Source: Chlamydiales bacterium
GTDB taxonomy: Bacteria > Chlamydiota > Chlamydiia > Chlamydiales > FEN-1388
Assembly: GCA_041737255.1 (NCBI GenBank)
Contig: JBGSSB010000115.1
Location: 1-54,443, forward strand
DNA: 54,443 nt
Direction: 5' to 3'
This document shows, piece after piece, positions 18,045 to 29,252 of this stretch. Within the stretch, counting starts at the first letter, position 1, and every line of letters starts with the position of its first letter. The translations under genes and the position numbers were made by a program. Under the pieces are notes generated by a model. The model was not told the origin of the DNA and did no database searches. It saw only the letters and a program-made list of their open reading frames with translations.

Positions 18045-18443
18045 ATGGAACAAAGAATGCCACAAAGATGGGTTTCACCCCTATCATTGGTTGATGAAAT
18101 TGAAAATATGAATTGGCCGTCAAATGCTTCAGGATTGCAGATTTCTGAAGATGAAACCCACCTCTTCATAGAAGCGTCACTGCCCGGCCTCAGCGAAGAT
18201 GAGATTGATATCACATATGAAAAAGGCAGTCTCATGGTTCGCGGAGAAAAAAAAGAAACAGAAAGCGACAAAAAGAAAAAGTTTTATCGAAAATCGAGCA
18301 GAAGTTTCATGTACCAAATGGCAGTTCCGGGAAATATTGACGATGCAGAAGAACCCACTGCAGAGTTCAACAATGGCGTCGCCAAAATAACCTTTTTGAA
18401 AAAGAAAAAAGACCAACCGAAACGAATTAATTTTAAAAAGTAG
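18045..18443 (+). CDS. Hsp20 / alpha-crystallin small heat-shock protein
   Basis: IEASLPGLSEDEIDI, LMVRGEKK, AEFNNGVAKITF; GGAGG RBS favours ATG 18045. Confidence 0.9.
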   Translation: MEQRMPQRWVSPLSLVDEIENMNWPSNASGLQISEDETHLFIEASLPGLSEDEIDITYEKGSLMVRGEKKETESDKKKKFYRKSSRSFMYQMAVPGNIDDAEEPTAEFNNGVAKITFLKKKKDQPKRINFKK

Positions 18444-18493
18444 GTTGAGTAAAATATGGCCCACCAATAAAACTACCAAAAAGAGGATGTTTT

Positions 18494-19333
18494 ATGAATT
18501 GGCGGGCCATTTTTTGTTTTATATTGTTAATTTTCTCAACCTCAGCACTTTCAGCAAAAAAACACAAAAAAGAACCCATCTTCTTTTATGTAGTTATACC
18601 ATCGCACAACAATGAACAGTGGTGCATTAAAAATCTCGAATCAGTCGTCAAACAAGACTACCCCCACTGGAAGGCAGTCTACATAAACGATTTGTCAAGT
18701 GACAAAACAGGAACCCTTGTTGAAGAATACGTAACAAAAAACAACCTGCGTCACAAAATTGAAGTGGTACATAACTGGACAAGAAAAGGGATGCTTGCCA
18801 ACATTTACAACGCCGTAAGGCGGGCAAAACCCCATTGGGTTGTAGTTACCGTAGATGGTGACGACACACTACGGGGCACAGATGTATTTAGCCATTTAGC
18901 AAGCATCTACCACAACCCCAAAGTTTGGATGACCTATGGAAATTGGGAAAGCGAACCCCTAGGACGACTCCCCTCTGACAACGACCACATCCCAGAATAC
19001 ATACGCGTAAGCAATAACTTTAGACAGTATAAGTTTTGCACAACACAACTTCGCACCTTTTACGCAGGCCTCTTTCGCAAAATTAAAAAACGACACCTGC
19101 AACACAAAGGCAAATTTTATATGGCAGCCGGAGATGTCGCTTTTATGATACCATTACTTGAAATGTCTTCTCAAGGTCACTACCATTTTGTTGAAAAGGT
19201 AATTTACAACTATAACCTGCACAACCCTATCAATGACTTTAAGGTAAATGGTGCCCTACAAGGATGGTGTGCAAGAGAAGCTGGAAAAACTAAACCCTAT
19301 AAACCGCTGAGAAGAGCGGACTGGATGAGATAA
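18494..19333 (+). CDS. Glycosyltransferase family 2 with N-terminal signal/anchor
   Basis: VVIPSHN, INDLSSDKT, DGDD (DxD) motif. Confidence 0.85.
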   Translation: MNWRAIFCFILLIFSTSALSAKKHKKEPIFFYVVIPSHNNEQWCIKNLESVVKQDYPHWKAVYINDLSSDKTGTLVEEYVTKNNLRHKIEVVHNWTRKGMLANIYNAVRRAKPHWVVVTVDGDDTLRGTDVFSHLASIYHNPKVWMTYGNWESEPLGRLPSDNDHIPEYIRVSNNFRQYKFCTTQLRTFYAGLFRKIKKRHLQHKGKFYMAAGDVAFMIPLLEMSSQGHYHFVEKVIYNYNLHNPINDFKVNGALQGWCAREAGKTKPYKPLRRADWMR

Positions 19334-19336
19334 AAT

Positions 19337-20605
19337 ATGAACTACCCAAAAACCATTATTGTTGGCGCCGGATTTGGTGGCCTAGAGGTTGCAAAAGACC
19401 TAAAAAATGCTAAAAACGATGTACTCGTTATTGATAAGCTCAACCACCATCTCTTTCAGCCACTTCTTTATCAAGTAGCAACTGGCGCACTAGCGCCTGA
19501 TGACATAGCCACACCCGTGCGTGAAATTTTACGAAAAAACAAAAACACCTCCTTCATTATGGGCAACGTGCAGCATATTGATAAAGATAAGCAAATCCTA
19601 CAGCTTGAGTGCGGGATGAGCTTTCACTTTGATTATTTAGTACTAGCCCCAGGAGTACGCCACAGCTACTTTGGAAATGATGATTGGGAACCTTTTGCCC
19701 CAGGTCTCAAAACTATAGAAGACGCTACGTGTATCCGTGAAAAAATACTCAAAGCCTTTGAGCAAGCAGAACGAGCCCCTAGCGGAGCCGAAGCTATAGA
19801 ATTTTTACGCTTTGCTATAGTAGGAGCTGGGCCCACAGGAGTTGAACTTGCTGGATCAATAGCCGAAATAGCCTTTAGCAGCATGCAGAAAAAATTTACA
19901 AAGATCCGCCCCGACCAGGCAAAAATATTTTTAATAGAAGGCGCCCCATGCGTACTCCCTGGATTCCCTGAAGCTTTGTCAATACGCGCAAAAACGGATC
20001 TTGAAAAACTTGGCGTTACTGTTATGACAAATCAAAAAGTATCAAGCATTACACAAAAAGGCGTTGTGATTAATGGTGAATTACTCACAGCCCCTACAGT
20101 TGTCTGGGCTGCTGGAAACATCGCTCCTGCTTTGCTTAAAACACTCGATACACCTCTAGACCGCCAAGGCAGGGCTATAGTCGAAAAAGACATGAGCATT
20201 CCAAGTAATGAGAACATTTTTGTTATTGGAGATGCCGCCCATTTTGCAACTGAATCAGGACCACTTCCAGGGCTTGCCCCTATTGCCAAGCAGCAAGGTC
20301 GTCACGTTGCAAATATCATCTCGGGAAAAGTTCTTAAAGACAAAAGACAACCCTTTAAATACCATGACAGAGGCTCTCTTGCCACAATAGGCAAAGGAAA
20401 GGCAGTAGGCATGATGGGCAAGCTGAAATTAACAGGAGTTTTTGCATGGTTTATTTGGTCTGCTGTTCACATCCTCTACCTCATAGACTTTAAAAGTCGA
20501 CTCAAAGTGTTTTTTCACTGGAGCTACATGTTTATTACTGGCAAACGTGCCGCCATGCTTATCACTAGACCTATTGAACACCCTAAAAAAGAGCCTATCG
20601 ATTAA
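19337..20605 (+). CDS. ndh: Type II NADH dehydrogenase
   Basis: VGAGFGG, HLFQPLLYQVATG, VGAGPTGVELAG, WAAG, IGD, GSLATIG. Confidence 0.92.
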   Translation: MNYPKTIIVGAGFGGLEVAKDLKNAKNDVLVIDKLNHHLFQPLLYQVATGALAPDDIATPVREILRKNKNTSFIMGNVQHIDKDKQILQLECGMSFHFDYLVLAPGVRHSYFGNDDWEPFAPGLKTIEDATCIREKILKAFEQAERAPSGAEAIEFLRFAIVGAGPTGVELAGSIAEIAFSSMQKKFTKIRPDQAKIFLIEGAPCVLPGFPEALSIRAKTDLEKLGVTVMTNQKVSSITQKGVVINGELLTAPTVVWAAGNIAPALLKTLDTPLDRQGRAIVEKDMSIPSNENIFVIGDAAHFATESGPLPGLAPIAKQQGRHVANIISGKVLKDKRQPFKYHDRGSLATIGKGKAVGMMGKLKLTGVFAWFIWSAVHILYLIDFKSRLKVFFHWSYMFITGKRAAMLITRPIEHPKKEPID

Positions 20606-21201
20606 GTTACCTGGTAGATCTGGCCCGTTTGTAGCCCCTCTACGCCTTTGCTATAGGCAAGCGCTACGCGCGCCGCAGAAACAGGCTCGAAGCCTCGAAA
20701 ATATGAGCCATACACATCCATAGATTCTGTAAGGATTGTAGGTGATACTGCATTAATGCGAACCTGCCTTGGAAGCTCAATGGCAGCGGCCCTCACAAAT
20801 CCGTCGATGGCGCCATTAACCATGGAGGCTGATGAGGCAGCACGAACAGGATCATGACTTAAAACACCACTTGTCAGGGTAAAAGATCCACCATCACGAA
20901 TCAACGGAGCACCTAATAAAACAAGCTTTACCTGCCCCATTAATTTGTCATTTATACCTACCAGATACTTGGAGGTTGACATATCCATAATTGCATCAAA
21001 GTGCACTCCTCCTGCACAGACAATCACAGCATCAAAATCACCTACCTTCTCATACATCTTGCAGATAGACTCTTCTGATGAAAAATCACACGTCAAATCC
21101 CCTGACTTTCTGCCTACTGATATAACCTCATGGCGCAAACCAAGCTCCTTTACAACAGCCTTTCCAATTGTTCCCGAACCACCCACAACAATAACTTTCA
21201 T
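20602..21201 (-). CDS. Short-chain dehydrogenase
   Basis: VGGSGTIG, KLMGQV, RINAVSP. Confidence 0.88.
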   Translation of the reverse strand: MKVIVVGGSGTIGKAVVKELGLRHEVISVGRKSGDLTCDFSSEESICKMYEKVGDFDAVIVCAGGVHFDAIMDMSTSKYLVGINDKLMGQVKLVLLGAPLIRDGGSFTLTSGVLSHDPVRAASSASMVNGAIDGFVRAAAIELPRQVRINAVSPTILTESMDVYGSYFRGFEPVSAARVALAYSKGVEGLQTGQIYQVT

Positions 21202-21562
21202 AGTTCCTCTTTACACTTTCTAGGTTTGCTCTGTCATACAACACTTACTTATTATGAGACACACCAAAAGCGGCAAGATATGCAAGATAATAGCCTTGAT
21301 TTTCAGCTTATTTTTGCATCCTGCCTATCTTGCCCGCGATAGCGGATCATGCGTATCTTGTTATTTTGTTTTGTTGTACATACGCGCGAAACATCTTTTG
21401 AGCTGTTCTAGCTTTTTACCCTTATTATAACCCATGCCTCAGATAATGAGTTTTTGGCTTAGCCTGATGCAGATGCCCCAAAACCTCCAAAAAAACACTA
21501 CGCCCTATTTTAGACACTGAGAATTGTTTGGGTATAAATAGAAAAAAAAGTAAAATGTCTGC

Positions 21563-22069
21563 ATGACACTTCTTATTGTAAGCTGTAGCCTAAATCCCGC
21601 ATCCAAAAGCCGAGAGCTTGCAAAGCTACTTCGTAACCACTACAACCACGAAGAGTACCCTTGCGAATTTGTTGACCTGGCCGACTATACCCTTCCTCTC
21701 TGCGACGGAGAAGAGGCCTACAACCACCCTCAAGCAAAACTACTTCTTGAAAAAACGCGTAAAGCAGAAGCGATCATCATCGCACTTCCCATTTACAACT
21801 ATGGCATAAACGCAGCGGCCAAAAATTTTATTGAACTTACAGGTGCAGGTTTTAGAAATAAAGTTGTTGGATTTATTTGTGCTGCAGGTGGACAACGAAG
21901 CTACATGAGCATAATGAGCCTTGCCAACAGCCTTATGCTTGATTTTCGCTGCCTTATAGTGCCTAATTTTGTCTACCTTGATCCATCAGATAACCCTGAT
22001 ATCCATAACCGACTGCACTCGCTGCTCAAAACCGTAGTTGCTCTTAAAGATGCCTGGAAACCCTTATAA
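21563..22069 (+). CDS. NADPH-dependent FMN reductase (flavodoxin-like)
   Basis: SCSLNPASKS, PIYNYG, AAGG. Confidence 0.85.
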   Translation: MTLLIVSCSLNPASKSRELAKLLRNHYNHEEYPCEFVDLADYTLPLCDGEEAYNHPQAKLLLEKTRKAEAIIIALPIYNYGINAAAKNFIELTGAGFRNKVVGFICAAGGQRSYMSIMSLANSLMLDFRCLIVPNFVYLDPSDNPDIHNRLHSLLKTVVALKDAWKPL

Positions 22070-22087
22070 TAAAGGCCAGCTTTACCA

Positions 22088-23191
22088 ATGCTCATCTACT
22101 CACAAAAAATCATACGGTTTATCAACGAAATTAAATCCGCTATCAAAGTTATTATCAGCAAAGAAGTAGGCCTAAAAGTATTTGGTGACAGATTTTATGA
22201 TAAAGCCCAACGCTACTCCCACCCAATTAAAGTTGTTATTTACAACAACAAAAAAATGTTGGGCTATTTCGCCTCCGATTTTTATGAGCTCGGCTTTCAC
22301 GAGCTTCTAATGCACTCAAGTAAACAACAGCTTCATAATATAATCAGACACGAAATTGCCCACTACCTTACTTTTATAGCTCACCCACATGGCGTAGCTC
22401 ATCATGGACAAGAGTTTAGAGCCATCTGTGAGCAGCTAGGATGGGATGAACAGGTATATAGAGCTACCACCTGCTTAGATGATGGTCAAATGGCCTCAGA
22501 TATAGAGGAAAGTAGCGTTCTGAGAAAAGTACAAAAGCTTATGGCACTCTCTACAAGCAGTAATGCACACGAAGCAGAACTTGCCATGATCAAATCGCAG
22601 CAGCTGCTATTAAAGCACAATATTGACGCCAACTATGTAGGCGATGATGAAGAAAAAGTATTTCTTAAGCGCATCTTAAAACAAAAAAAAGAAAACGCCA
22701 AAATGCGCACGATTGCCAAGATTTTAGAAACTTTTTTTGTGACCACCGTCTACTCGCGTGCCAACGGCTATATCTACCTTGAACTTGTTGGTAGCGCTGT
22801 AAACATTGAGATTGCTGAGTATGTTGCAAATTTTCTTGAGAGAGAACTAGAACAGCTATGGCGCCAAACACAAAAAGATTTTACCGAATTAAAAGGCATG
22901 GTAGCCAAAAACTCCTTTTTTCTCGGCATTGCCAAAGGCTACTGCAACAAAATTCAGGCACTAAAACGAGAATATCCACAAGATGTCACCCAAGCGCTCA
23001 TGGTGATTGAAAAAAAACTGACCCAATCAAAATCGATGGTCTACCCGCGCCTGCGATCCTGCAAAAGCTCAGGCAGCTACTGCCCTGAATCATCGGCACT
23101 AGGTGAGCTCGTAGGCAAAAAACTTACCATTAGTCCAGCACTAGCAGGCTCATCATCAAAAATGGCTAAATTTCTTTCCTACCTATCATAG
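22088..23191 (+). CDS. SprT-like Zn-metalloprotease domain + DUF2786 domain protein
   Basis: HEIAH...HGQEF; KVQKLMALSTSSNAHEAELAM. Confidence 0.85.
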   Translation: MLIYSQKIIRFINEIKSAIKVIISKEVGLKVFGDRFYDKAQRYSHPIKVVIYNNKKMLGYFASDFYELGFHELLMHSSKQQLHNIIRHEIAHYLTFIAHPHGVAHHGQEFRAICEQLGWDEQVYRATTCLDDGQMASDIEESSVLRKVQKLMALSTSSNAHEAELAMIKSQQLLLKHNIDANYVGDDEEKVFLKRILKQKKENAKMRTIAKILETFFVTTVYSRANGYIYLELVGSAVNIEIAEYVANFLERELEQLWRQTQKDFTELKGMVAKNSFFLGIAKGYCNKIQALKREYPQDVTQALMVIEKKLTQSKSMVYPRLRSCKSSGSYCPESSALGELVGKKLTISPALAGSSSKMAKFLSYLS

Positions 23192-23392
23192 TAATTCCGT
23201 AGAAAATGCAGTTAAAAAAGAGCCTTGCCCATCCTGATTTTTGAGGCAATCTCTACCATATCTGCGGTCTGCTGTATTCAAAAAGCTTCGAATCTGCCTT
23301 GCAAAGGCATAATCGTTTCGATAGTAGCCTTAAGCTAAATCAAGAGTGTACTAATAGTGGAATATGGGACATGAAGTTTTTTTTCTGATAAC

Positions 23393-23433
23393 AAAAAAAG
23401 ATTGGCCACAGAGCATGAGCTCTGCGGCCAATC
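23393..23433 (-). terminator. Intrinsic terminator of the large minus-strand gene
   Basis: 15-bp stem GATTGGCCGCAGAGC/GCTCTGTGGCCAATC followed by a T-run on the minus strand. Confidence 0.8.
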
Positions 23434-23455
23434 GGTTAGTGCACCTGCAATTTAG

Positions 23456-23481
23456 CTCGAGTATCACAAGTGATACTCGAG
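23456..23481. repeat. Perfect 12-bp inverted repeat
   Basis: CTCGAGTATCAC-AA-GTGATACTCGAG, 7 nt after the stop codon at 23489. Confidence 0.8.
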
Positions 23482-23488
23482 GGCTACA

Positions 23489-26400
23489 TTATAGAGTATG
23501 CAGTGGGTTTTGTTGAGAGTCAAACATCGTTCTTTCTACAACAACTTCATCTGAGAATTTCTCAGCATCGCTGTCGTAGCGAAGCACCTGGAATTGCACG
23601 CAGCTGCCATTTGGCAATCCTGCTGATTGTGCAAACCATGTGTTGATGTCAAAGTCTTTAAACTCAGCTTCGCCGCACAGCTTCCAGCCATAGATAATAT
23701 CTCCATAGCTAAATGGCTCGTTTAAGCCGTTTTCTTCCACGCTTAGGTCTAATCCAGTAACCATCACGTGTTTCTCAGTAATGCGAGAATCAGCACTCCA
23801 GTCAAACTTCAGAACAAAGTTTGCACCTTGAACTGTAAAGGCTTGACTTTCCATATTCGCATTTACAGATTCACTAAAAAACTCAGCGTCAAGTGGTGAT
23901 GCTGTTATACCAATAACGGCTCTATCAATAGCACGTAGTACAGACTGTACTATACCCTGTGATGAGTCGATGGTTTTTAGTGAGAAGTAGCGAACAGGCG
24001 TTGCATTCTCTTGGTACCAAGAAAGTTTTTCCTGGAAAAAGCTTTCTTCTGGGTGATACCAAGCATTCGCATGCTCTGAAATAAATCGCTCAAAATCAAC
24101 TGAACTCTTTGCATAGAGTCTTCTAAAAAGTGCTTTTGTTGGATCAAATACACCATCATCATCTCGTGACCACACTGGCATTGGGCTTACAGCATCAGCA
24201 TCAGTAGCCGCAAAGCCATTGACAACTAGTGCTGTAGTGCCTGACTGAGCACCCTCAAGCGCTTCACCTGTTGTCATAAACAACGAGGTGTCTTTGCCTG
24301 CAGGAATACGCCAGAACGGTGTACTATCAACATCTTCAAGGATAATTGGATACACTTGAATGAGGTTAGGGCCTGCATCTTTTATAAACAACACGCGTGA
24401 TCGCACTTCACCAAAGGCAGGACTGTTAGGATCTGTAACAGTACCCGTTAATATCTCACCTGGTGTAAATGTACCGGCAGTATAACTTTGTAGCGGGATC
24501 AAGCGATATGGCTCTAAAAATCCATCAAATCTAAAGTTAATCGCTGATGGATAGTCGATAGACTCATTTGCAGGATTTAACCCACGAACATTCATGCTTG
24601 TTCCTGTAGGGCCGCCAATAAGTCCCATTTGCTGAATAGCCGTAAGTGGGTTTGGATCAATCCCATCACCACTTTGGATAATGCTTACTGGGTCTATAAA
24701 GTAGCTCAACGAAGAACCCACCCCTGTAAATTGTGTTGACAAAAAGCCATACACTAAATCATTTGCAGTGTCTTTGTAGACGCATAATGGCTTAGGGTCA
24801 TTAGCAATAATGAGAGGATCAGTAAACGAATCGTGAATCGACAGTTCAATTGATCCTGTATCATTTCTTACGTTTTGCACCCAGTAGCTATTAAGGGAAG
24901 CTCGTGTTTTATCCGTCATCGTACGGATAACATCAGAGGCAACTACGCCCACAATATCACCATGTACGTTTTGGTCTCTTATAAAACCAACTATCTCTTT
25001 TTTAAGATTAAAGACAGGTTTACCAGAAAATCCAGGTGCCGCTGGAATGCTGATAAGCATTTCAGACTTTCGGATAAATTCTGTTATCTGAATGAAATCA
25101 CCAGCTGATGGCTGTGACAACTCATCTTGAAAAATTCGCTGACGCTTATCATACTCTGATGCGTATGGTGCTATAACAACACCTTCAACGATTTCATCAT
25201 TTATACCTAATACAAAGACTCTGTCACCTTGTGCTGGTCGCTCAGCTGCTAGAACAGGAACTTCGTCTGTGTTTGGCAGTTTATACTTTTCAAGGTTATA
25301 ATCTGACTCAAGAAACAGTACTCGCAAATCCAAATCAGGAGCTGCGTTTACTGCAAAACCAGGGTAAAGAGATGACTTAAATAAAGAATCATCATCAGTT
25401 GAAACCATATAACCAGCAGCTCCAACAGCCTCAAACGTTGTTAGCGCTCTTACGCTATCAACACCTTGGGCACCACCATCAATACTACTACCCCTGTCGA
25501 TTGTAGGATGTAACAGTCTAATTTTATTATTCATGGTATTAAACTCTGGCGTAAGCGTATTAGTATTTCCATACTCATACTGGCCCCAGTTTAAATTTTG
25601 TCCATCATCAAAAATTATCAGTCTTTTACTTGCTGGCGTATCAAGCTCTTCAGTAAAAGGCGTCACGCTCCAGGTACCTTCGAATGCAGCATCTGCTGCT
25701 GTTCTTGGCTCGTACGGATCTGAAACCACACTTCCCTTATTTTCAACAATAAATGGATTTGAGTTTGGTCCACCCGGGCCGCCATCTTGCCATGAAAGAG
25801 GGCGGACACCACCTTCTGTCATGGAGTAATCTATAGGAAAATTTTTTTCAGGAAAGTTTTCGTCTTTTTTGTATTTAAAGCTGTCGATTCGCAGTCCACC
25901 TTTATAGGTGCCTGTAAACATCCAGTCTTCAAAAGGGTCTTGCGATTCATTAACAAAATAGCTGTTATGTACCTTTGCTACAGCATCACCGAAAAGGTGT
26001 TGGGCCGAAGAAAAAGTCCACTGGCCAGTTTCGCTATTAAAACGAGGCTCTGCAACCCAGTGGCAGTTCCAAGAATTTGCTTGCAGCGAACCATATGGTT
26101 GGTTTTGATCAACAAGCTCATCACCAAGGATGGCGTAGCGCTTATCAGTTGTCCACCATGCATTATGTGCATAGCCGATACTTACGTTTAACTGCTGAGT
26201 TGGAATGCTAGCTATAACACGTGGCTTGAAAATACCAGTGTTAGCACCAAATTGGGCTGTTTTATAATCTAGCTCTCCTGTCCAGTCTATTAAATTATAC
26301 ACTGTTTCAGCAGCAGCAATACCAAGGGTTAAAGTTTCTTGCCCTTCTGGCAACTCATACCCTAAAATCCTTAAAGCATCTTCGCGATTATATGTCGCAT

Positions 26401-28744
26401 TGGCCATATCATGAATATAAAACTCATCACTTGCCCCTAAGAACACTGGATGCAGAGGGTCGTTTTTAATATCAAAAACAACCACTGGAGCAGCACGTGT
26501 GGTGCCTAGTCCATAAATACGTCCTTGCACTTCATCAACATACAAGTTATGGCAGTTGGTAAACAGGTAGTCAGAATCTTCGCAAATACGAGTATTTTGA
26601 GCTAGCTGGTTAAAAGCATAAGGTGGAACGTATGAAACAGGAACAGTAACATTGCTGCAGTTTAGCGTTTTACCTGGTAGCTGTATGTTGTTGTAGCCAT
26701 TATTTGGCTTTAACAACGCCGCCTCAGGCAGTGCATTTGGATCTACTCTTAGTGATGAAAGATCAAACACGCTAAGGCCAGCAAAAGCATTTTCAGCAAC
26801 CGCATAAAATGCATTAAAGTCATTTGATACGCCAGTAATTAACGGCTGCTGATCAAATGGTCAATCATCTAAACGTATGCGCAGCTCTAGTGGAAGTGGC
26901 GCAAGTACATTTGGATCTAGCAAAAATGGGCACTTAAAGCGATATTCGCCTCTACCTTCGCTTTCACCTTCGTTTTCTTCAGTTTCATTCGACAAAAACT
27001 GTGCCGCAGTAACTTTTTGTGGCTCCCCTCCTACTTCATAAATTGCTTCTACAACATAATTCTGAAGAGGTGTAAAGCTATACTCATTACTATCTAATGC
27101 AAGTTGCTGTGACTGATAGGTTTTTACATCATGCCATGAAGAGATCCCTGTAGGGATTGTATCTTCAAAAACAGAGGGTGTTGGAAATGAGTTAAGCAGC
27201 TTGGCATATAGTGGCTTGTTAACCATATCATGCGTGTAGACATGTATACCATTAAGCGTTGTACCAATTGTATATGAACGCACCTTTGTTGATGGGTCCT
27301 GAAACACGTAGCTTGTAAAGGTATTGTTTGGCGTTCCTTCTGGATAAATGGCAGGGCCATTTTCAGCAAATAACAACCGTTTTGCACCATACGGAGCAAG
27401 CGTAGCATCACCTGTTCTAAATGGGTTAAAGTCCGTTAGCGGATCATACGTATTGTTTTTTACAGCATCCTGATACCCACCTGGAGGCAACTGACCTGGA
27501 TTATTCCAAAGTACTCCCATATGTGTAACTTCTGGAACAAATGAAAGGGCATTATCTCCAGTAAGCGAAAGAGTAAAAGTAGCTGGGCCGAAGAATGTGT
27601 CGCCAACAGCTGTCATCTCAAATGGAAGAACCGGCAGGTCATAGTAGTACAAAAGACCTTCTTCAATCGCATGTTCTATGTCATGGTTATCGGGAAACTC
27701 ATCAAATGTACCATCTTGGTAGCATAAGATGTAGGCATAGTCCGACAAGAGATCTGGCGATATAAAAAACCTTAACAAGATATCTTCAAATGTTAAGCCA
27801 GCATAGTTATCTACGCCTATAACAAAGTCAGCTATCTCACCAGAAACGCCGCCAAAATAGTCAGGACCTGGGTTATAATCTTGTGGATTATAGTTTGCAA
27901 GATTAATTGAAAAACTTGGGTTTGCTGCCCATAGTCTCAACTTATAGCCACTTACTGGGTCTCTGATATCCATGATATCACCCAGCCTGCCAGCTCCGAA
28001 GCCTATCGAGCCAGGTGCGGTAAACTCACCGGGGGCATCAAACATAAGCAAATCTTGGTTTGTAACTTCAAAAATAAACGCACCTTTTTGAGCAGCGCTC
28101 ATAGAAAAGGCCCAGTTGTCTGATGTACCAGAAAAGGCTGAATCAGTAGAAAGTGTCGATACTGGTACAGAGTCTAGTATACGAACATTCTCACGAGGAA
28201 CTTCCCATTTAAATAGCGATCTATTTGACTGAATCTGGTGCTGACAAAACGTTTGAAAACGCCTTGCCGGGCTATTTTCTGGCTCGTCAACAAAGTTTAC
28301 AGCGCCAGATTTATAAAACTGGTAGGTTTCACTTCTGCTTGGCACGTTAAAAAGTTTTGCGACACCTACAGCAATGTCACCAGTACCTAGCTTCATTGTG
28401 CGCTCAAGGTCTAAATCCTCTTCGCAGGTGCAGTCAAGGATTTGTGATACCTTATCGAGAATCTCTCGATCTACCGTTAAATCTTGCTTTGTTGTTTGGT
28501 TAATTTGATTAGCAAGAGCAAGCGTCTGCTGGTCTACAATCAAATCTTGTGTAGTTGTGCAGTTGATTTTATTTATCAGCTTGCAGGGTTTTCTAGTTTT
28601 CTTTTTGTGTTTTTTTGACACTTTTGCAGAGTAGACTTCATTGCGGGGTTTTTTATCCGCTTTTTTTGCTAGCGCCGGCTCGGGCACAGCAATAAGTAGA
28701 GCCAGCAAAGCCAGCACGCTTAATAACGTTTTTCTAAGGTTCAT
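23489..28744 (-). CDS. Large secreted protein (1751 codons): signal peptide, 21-aa-repeat stalk, choice-of-anchor-B-like beta-propeller, trypsin-like and PDZ-like regions; one in-frame TGA at 26861-26863 (recoded or pseudogene)
   Basis: ORFs 26861..28744 and 23489..26770 share a frame with 30 open codons between them; motifs SSWHDVKTY (before the TGA) and YAVAE..GLSVFDL, CHNLYVD, YIHD, YAHNAW, GDE, FEGTWSV (after it) belong to one domain. Confidence 0.75.
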
Positions 28745-29252
28745 TTACACACTCCATTTTGGGTTAACGAAAATGAAACGGTATTTTAACTTGATAATTT
28801 TGTAAAGCCAAATAAAATTTCAATCACTAATGCAATCGACAAGGGTATATGGACACGATAATATGCATGAATAATTTATTCCATATATGCTATTTATCAA
28901 TTATAAAATCAATTAGCCCCCCACCGAAACCTACCCATGAAGCCATTAAACCTGCTCAAAATGCACTGTAAAAGCACTCCTACTGAATCAAAACCTTAGC
29001 AAAGAGAGAATCCCCATCAAATAGTTGGCACCCTATTTTTTCTGAACAGCCCTACAAATGCATTTGTCTTTCAAAAAATCACAGCCATGAACTATTTTCT
29101 TGTTTGTGGATCGCGGCACACTTAAGCCTTACATTTGACAGCACAAGAAACGTAGTGTTCTTGTCTATTGTACACTGTCAAAGTTCAGATAAATGGCACA
29201 GAGGGGCCGTTTGTTAAAACAAAAAAACCTAACCCTACATATAGGACACTTT

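Noticed and set aside
22088-23191. SprT protein as a mimic of eukaryotic SPRTN acting with the DarTG fusion
   Set aside because: SprT-like + DUF2786 is an ordinary bacterial architecture; no eukaryotic motifs or secretion features seen
23489-26770. Treating the 1093-aa ORF as an independent gene starting at GTG 26770
   Set aside because: The start falls inside a conserved motif (GLSVFDL), lacks a clear RBS and signal peptide, and the frame is open up to the TGA
26861-26863. Genome-wide UGA=Trp reassignment (genetic code 4) as the explanation for the in-frame TGA
   Set aside because: TGA terminates several intact genes here (30744, 35693, 42736 with GTGA coupling, 15218 with ATGA coupling) and Trp is encoded by TGG
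29168-29252. TTG start and N-terminus of the 137-aa ORF in the track
   Set aside because: A better RBS, ATG and signal peptide exist in another frame at 29253; the TTG extension looks non-coding
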